NCBI GenBank assembly: GCA_965644295.1
Contig: CBFFRP010000206.1
Span: forward strand, 1 to 49,011
DNA: 49,011 nt
Direction of reading: 5' to 3'
Source of the DNA: Paraphysomonas bandaiensis
Taxonomy: Eukaryota > Protista > Chrysophyceae
Shown here piece after piece: positions 43,520-49,011 of this stretch; positions within the stretch are counted from its first letter, which is position 1; every line of letters begins with the position of its first letter. Under the pieces are notes generated by a model. That model had not been told where the DNA came from. It made no database searches and saw only the letters and a list, made by a program, of their open reading frames with translations. The position numbers and the translations under genes were made by a program.

Positions 43520-46500
43520 TGTTGAGATCTGAAGATTCTATATACTTGCAATTGAGTGCAGTATTATGTGAGATGCAAGGATCGAAAGATATATATGTAA
43601 TTAGTACATTATATTATGTAGTATGAAACTGAAGTAGAAGTGGATGACTATACAGGATACGATCACTGAGTGGGTGGTTTGTACACTATAGTAGTAAATG
43701 AATGGTGTTGAACACATCGAACACAACTTAGGTTCTTTATCATGTAATGTTTATAATTTCATCTTATCAGTTGAGAATAGTAAACCTTAGCAAATAATGT
43801 CAACTTCTGTTATGGTAGCGAATGCTAGTTGTAGGGATGGGGAAGATGACAAGAAGCTACGGTTTGACAAGAACCAAGCAGACTATTCAGCGAGAAAAAT
43901 CAAGATGCATCTAATGAAGAAAAACCGAAACCATCTTGGCTTGGAGGACCCGCCAGCCGGAGGAAGGAATTTAGAGTCATGGAGAGAGCGTAATGATACC
44001 TGTGTTAGTACTATTTGGGAGGCTTGCGAGCATGACCCTGATGTGTTGGAGGTAGCCAATCAATATTTGGAGGGGAAGGCAATTTTACCTGCTGATGATC
44101 CTGCTAAGGAGGTGTTATCCAGTGAGCTCCTTCAGACACTGGTTGATAGGTTCAGAGGCGAGATTGGGACTGTATTGGAGAAGACTACGGCAGAATACCA
44201 TTCGTTCAAAATAAGGCCGGGGGAAAAGGTGTCTGTTGGGGTAGATCGACTGAACGGTATAATCCAGAAGCTCATAAAATTGGGACAACCGCAGACAGAG
44301 GCAAGTAAATTAGCAAAGATAAAAGCAGCGCTGCAGATAGAGGAATTACATGATTTATGGATGTCGGTAGCGATGATGCCTAAAGCAACAACTACATTTG
44401 ATTCGGTGAAAGAGGCTTGTGAAGAGTATGACGAGGCTATGACGCAGCTGAAGAAACTAAAGGGAGACAAATCTGAAGAGATCAATTTTACGGCGTCGAA
44501 GGAGCCAGTGGTTTGTTCATTTTGTCGGAAGAAGGGACATGTAGCAGCGAATTGTTATGCTAAGGAACGACAAAGAAAAATGGATAAGTTCAAAAGAAAA
44601 GGGAAGACAAAGGAAAAGGCTTCGAAGAGTGTGCAGCAGCCAGGATCAAAGGATTATACTGGTTGTCATATCTGTGGAGATTTTAGTCATAAAGCCCGAC
44701 AGTGCAAGTCGAAAAAACGGAAGAACATAAAAAACCCGGATAATGAGAATCCTCGAAAATCGAACAGGAAATTCGAGACAGAATGGAAGAAATACGTCAA
44801 CGACGGAGAGTCGTCGGATGATGAAGCGAATATGTTTGGAGAAGAGGTTTTGCTATCGGTGGATACGTCGGAAGAACCTCGTGTATATCTGGACAGTTGT
44901 GCAAGTAAAAGACTGTTTATAGTAAAGGATAAAATTGCACTGGAGTCATTTACTCCTGAGTTTGGGGCAATCCAACTAACTAGAAAGGGTTCTCAATTGG
45001 AGACACAGGGGGCTGGTACATTCGGGGAATGGAGAGACATCAGAGTTAGTGAAGAAGCGGTGAAGAACATTGTGTCAGGAGGGATGCTGAGATCAATGGG
45101 ATACGGATTACAACTGCTTCGAAAGCCTAAAATCGTGGAATTGGACTCTGGAAACGAGGTGTTGACTGGAGAGTACGATGAGCATGGAGGGATGCCGTAT
45201 GTGGACTTGATGGAGGTGTTAAATCTGCCAAATGTGTCTATGTGCAATCAGATGGAGGAGGTAAATTTGTCGGATAATACAGGACAAGATGCGTTGGATC
45301 GCTTACATGAGCGTACTGGACATGTCTCGAAATCGAAGTTATTAGAAGCTCACCGACACATGTTATTCAGAGGATCAGGACTACAACGACATCACCTTTC
45401 GAAGGCAAAGGAGAAGAGTTGCAAGAAACCCCTGTGTAAATGGTGTGCCAAGGCGAAGATAACCAGGCATTCGTTCAAATCACGGGACAACGAAGAGCTA
45501 AGCGCAGTCAGGTTCCTGGAAAGAGTAACAGCGGACATCTCCGTCTATCTCAATTGTGAATCCAGACAAGGGTATAAGTACGTGCTCCTATTTACGGACT
45601 TAGCAACAAAGATGATATGGGAATATGGATTGAGGACTCGAAGCGGAGAGGAGGTGTTCAAATGTCTACGACACTTGTGCGAGGTCCACTTAGTGAAGTA
45701 CGAGGGGTGGAACCGTATAGTGGAGTATCATGCCGATGGAGGATCCGAACTTATTAGTCAGCAGATAAGAGAGTATCTGTTGCAGCGATATGGGACTCGG
45801 GTGTCACATACAACACGAGACACGCCAGAGCTCAACGCGGTGTCTGAGAGGAAATTCCGAACAATTGGGGAGATGACACTGACGATGTTGACGGCATCTG
45901 GACTTCCAAAGTCGTTCTGGTCTGATGCTTATCAAACTGCATGTTACATTGTGCGACGAATGCCAACTCGGACGTGGCAAGGATGGATGTCTCCATATGA
46001 GTGTGTCCCAGGGGGAGCGTTCCCAGCCTATCGTGGCTACGGAAATGGGGGTGCAAAGCATATGTGCTAACACCCAAGGCCGACAGGAGGAAGGACTGGG
46101 AGGACAAAGCAATGACAGGTTATTTCATAGGGTATCCAGCTGATCGAAAAGGATACAAGGTGCTAGTGGGGGACACCGTAGTACACTCTGTACATGTATT
46201 ATTTGATGAATCGGTACCTGAGAGGTCTCAGGATTATTATAGAGAGCTGGAGGAGGCTCAAGTGGCTATAGATCCCGAGGCTCGTCAACCGGGTGAGTTT
46301 GAGTATCTTATCGGAAAGCACCATGAGGATGGTGGTCTGCTATACAAGACTAACAGAGTGGTGATAAGGAAGGGACTTATTGTGGGATACCGGTCGTTGG
46401 TTACTGGTAACCAGGTTCAAGTGGAGGATAAAACTCCTATTCATATTGCTGACATCAAGAAGATGACAGAGGATCTTGCGCAGAGGGTGGTTAGGGCCAG

Positions 46501-48812
46501 AGTTACTGACAACCGTGACGGCGGTATCAGCGGAGTGGTGCCACAGCAGTCGGAAAGTGGGCAGGTGCAGCCCCAGGCTGACTCAGCATTACCTTCGGGG
46601 GAAGGGACCCCTGCCGAGAATCATCCGCACGGCAAACGCGCAAGAACTCCAAGGACGGTAACGAATGTGTCGGTGTTAGGACAAATCCATCATTTGAGTG
46701 ATGAGAGTGATGTGAGTGACCTTTTACAGGAGGCAGACTCAGTGTGGATGTCAGCGGAAGAGTCGACAGTGCCTCAGACACATCGTGAGTCCTTGGAGAG
46801 TGCCGAGCACAGGGAGTGGAGACGAGCTCGCCGTGTAGAGCGAGAGGGTTTGGCGAAGCGAGATACCATGGAGGTGACTCGTATACCGGACGGAGTCGTC
46901 CCACTGCACTCCAAGTACGTCTATGGAAAGAAGTACGATAAGGAGGGAGAGGTCCGCCGATATAAGGCTCGTCTTGTAGCAATCGGTTGTGGACAGCAGT
47001 CGAGTGGTTGGGCGAACCATTTCGCACCCGTTGTTAAGGGGGTAACAGTGCGACTGTTAATCGCCATAGCTTTCGTGATGAACATGGTAATTCATCAACT
47101 GGATGTGTCTAACGCATTTCTATATGCAGATATAGAGGGGGATGTATATATGAAGGCAACTCCGGACTTTCAGCTGCCTGAGGGGTACTGCTTTAAGTTG
47201 AAGAAGTCGTTATACGGGCTTCGGAGTTCCCCGCGGTCGTGGTGGAAAACATTGGATAAATTCATACGATCTATGCATTTTAAACCATGTGTATTAGACC
47301 CGTGTTTGTATTATCAGTATAAGGGCGATGAATTGATATTATTAACGATATATGTGGATGATATCCTAGTGTTAGGTCGTGATGTCAACATAGTGAAGGA
47401 TATTAAAGCTCAACTGTGTGCCCGGTTTGATATGAAGGATATGGGCGAGATGGAACATTTTCTGAATGTTCGAGTCACAAGAACGCCAGAGTATATTCGT
47501 CTTGACCAATCAGTATATGCGGCTAAGATCTTAGAAAAGTTTGAAAAGTATCTTGGGCCACCGCGAAAGGTACGGAAGAGTCCTCTACCGGCGGAAGCAA
47601 TGGATTTAGTGGCAAAAGGGGCGCGGCATGAGCATACCGAGGAGGAACAGCTTATAGTAGATAACTTCCCATATCGGCCGCTGATAGGTGCATTACTATA
47701 TCTATCGATGAACACGAGGCCGGATATTGCCTATGCAGTGGGAGTACTGTCTCGGTTCAGTAATAAGGTGAATATTGAAGTATGCAAGCTATTAACACAT
47801 GTATGGCAATATATTCGTGGTTCTATTGACAAAGGGATTCAATATGGGAGTAGACGGTTCGACTTCCATATGTTTACTGACGCGGATTGGGCGGGAGATC
47901 AGCTCTCCAGGAAGTCCACGTCGGGGTACGTTGGGTTTGCAGCGGGAGGGCCTATAGTCTGGCAGTCCAAACTGCAGACGACAGTGGCAACGTCAAGCAT
48001 GCAGTCTGAGTATCAGTGTATTTACTCGGGTCTCCAAGAAGTGCTATGGGTTCGGGGGGTGACGGGTGAGATTAAGTTGAGGCTCATCAAACCCACACCA
48101 TTCTTCATCGACAGTCAGAGTGCCCAGGATTTGGCCGAAAATCCAGTGTTTCACAAGAAGTCGAAGCACATTGAGATTAAGTATCACATGGTGAGAGAGC
48201 ACGTGGATCCCAATCAGTTCAATACGATTAAGTTAGTGCATGTGCATACATCGCAACAAGCAGCAGATATTTATACAAAGTCATTGGTTGGTTTATCATA
48301 TATGGAGCAGAGAAAGAGAAATCTTGGAGAGAAAGTTAAGAGTTCCACTGAAGTGATTAATGAGGGACCAAGGGATAAAAGAAGGCGCAAGTAGGTACTG
48401 AGTTTTTTAGACAGAGGTTTAGACTTAGAGATGAGTCTATTTTACTGTCAAGAATTTTTTTATCTCAGGCATTCAATAGCTGGGAGGCGTCATAAGTACA
48501 ACACTCAATTGAGGGGGAGTGTTGAGATCTGAAGATTCTATATACTTGCAATTGAGTGCAGTATTATGTGAGATGCAAGGATCGAAAGATATATATGTAA
48601 TTAGTACATTATATTATGTAGTATGAAACTGAAGTAGAAGTGGATGACTATACAGGATACGATCACTGAGTGGGTGGTTTGTACACTATAGTAGTAAATG
48701 AATGGTGTTGAACACATCGAACACAACTTAGGTTCTTTATCATGTAATGTTTATAATTTCATCTTATCAGTTGAGAATAGTAAACCTTAGCAAATAATGT
48801 CAACTTCTGTTA
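43520..48812 (+). mobile_element. Full-length Ty1/copia retrotransposon (family B), 5293 bp
   Basis: 293-bp LTRs 43520-43812 and 48520-48812 appear identical; TSD GTCCG; PBS TGGTAGCG; PPT GAGGGGGAG. Confidence 0.98.
43797..48394 (+). CDS. Copia Gag-Pol polyprotein with one -1 frameshift at ~46010-46016
   Basis: Two CCHC knuckles, protease YLDSCAS, HHCC (HERTGH..CKWC), integrase D-D-E, RT YVDD, RNase H DADWAG, in PR-IN-RT-RH order. Confidence 0.93.
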
Positions 48813-48868
48813 GTCCGCAGATAATGTTTTGCCTACTCATAACCAAATGCTTGCGTAGTGTGTGGTAC

Positions 48869-49004
48869 AAGGGACACAAATTAGTGTCACTTGTGTAGAC
48901 GTCTTTGGGCTTGACGAATAAATAGGCGTCCGGGAATGGGCCCACCTCAAGGGCATCCGGGGTATTGGGCTGCCTGCTGAAGTCAAGTACCCGGGATGTT
49001 CACC
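48869..49004 (+). repeat. 136-bp GC-rich repeat with a long hairpin
   Basis: Inverted copy of 40364-40499. Confidence 0.9.
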
Positions 49005-49011
49005 TCAAACC

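Noticed and set aside
46001-46070. Programmed -1 frameshift
   Set aside because: It falls within integrase rather than at the gag-pol boundary, and there is no X XXY YYZ slippery heptamer.

Overview
Eukaryotic genomic DNA with short GT-AG introns. A stramenopile-like protist is inferred from the eS26 and lipoyl-protein sequences, but the organism cannot be proven from sequence alone. Host genes are a coiled-coil protein, a stand-alone lipoyl-domain protein, organellar-type IleRS, a hybrid histidine kinase, mitochondrial aspartate aminotransferase, a PA-domain/GT41 (SPINDLY/OGT-like) protein, a CDF metal transporter, RPS26 and a SAM methyltransferase. They are interleaved with nests of LTR retrotransposons: Ty3/gypsy-like pieces at 1-4.8 kb, and Ty1/copia elements including a near-intact one at 43520-48812, a deleted one at 24839-28120 and non-autonomous derivatives. 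A ~3 kb palindrome with ~1.1 kb arms lies at 9.2-12.2 kb. The most notable observations are: (1) a SET-domain gene with an N-terminal RRSSRL motif lying antisense within what appears to be the 3' LTR of a gypsy-like element; (2) a gypsy gag-pol junction with UGA-CUA plus a downstream stem-loop (readthrough signature) and a CCCH-type rather than CCHC Gag finger; (3) copia elements with TG...TA termini whose gag ATG is formed by the LTR/PBS junction, and which repeatedly insert into other LTRs. All calls are by eye; no database searches were run.
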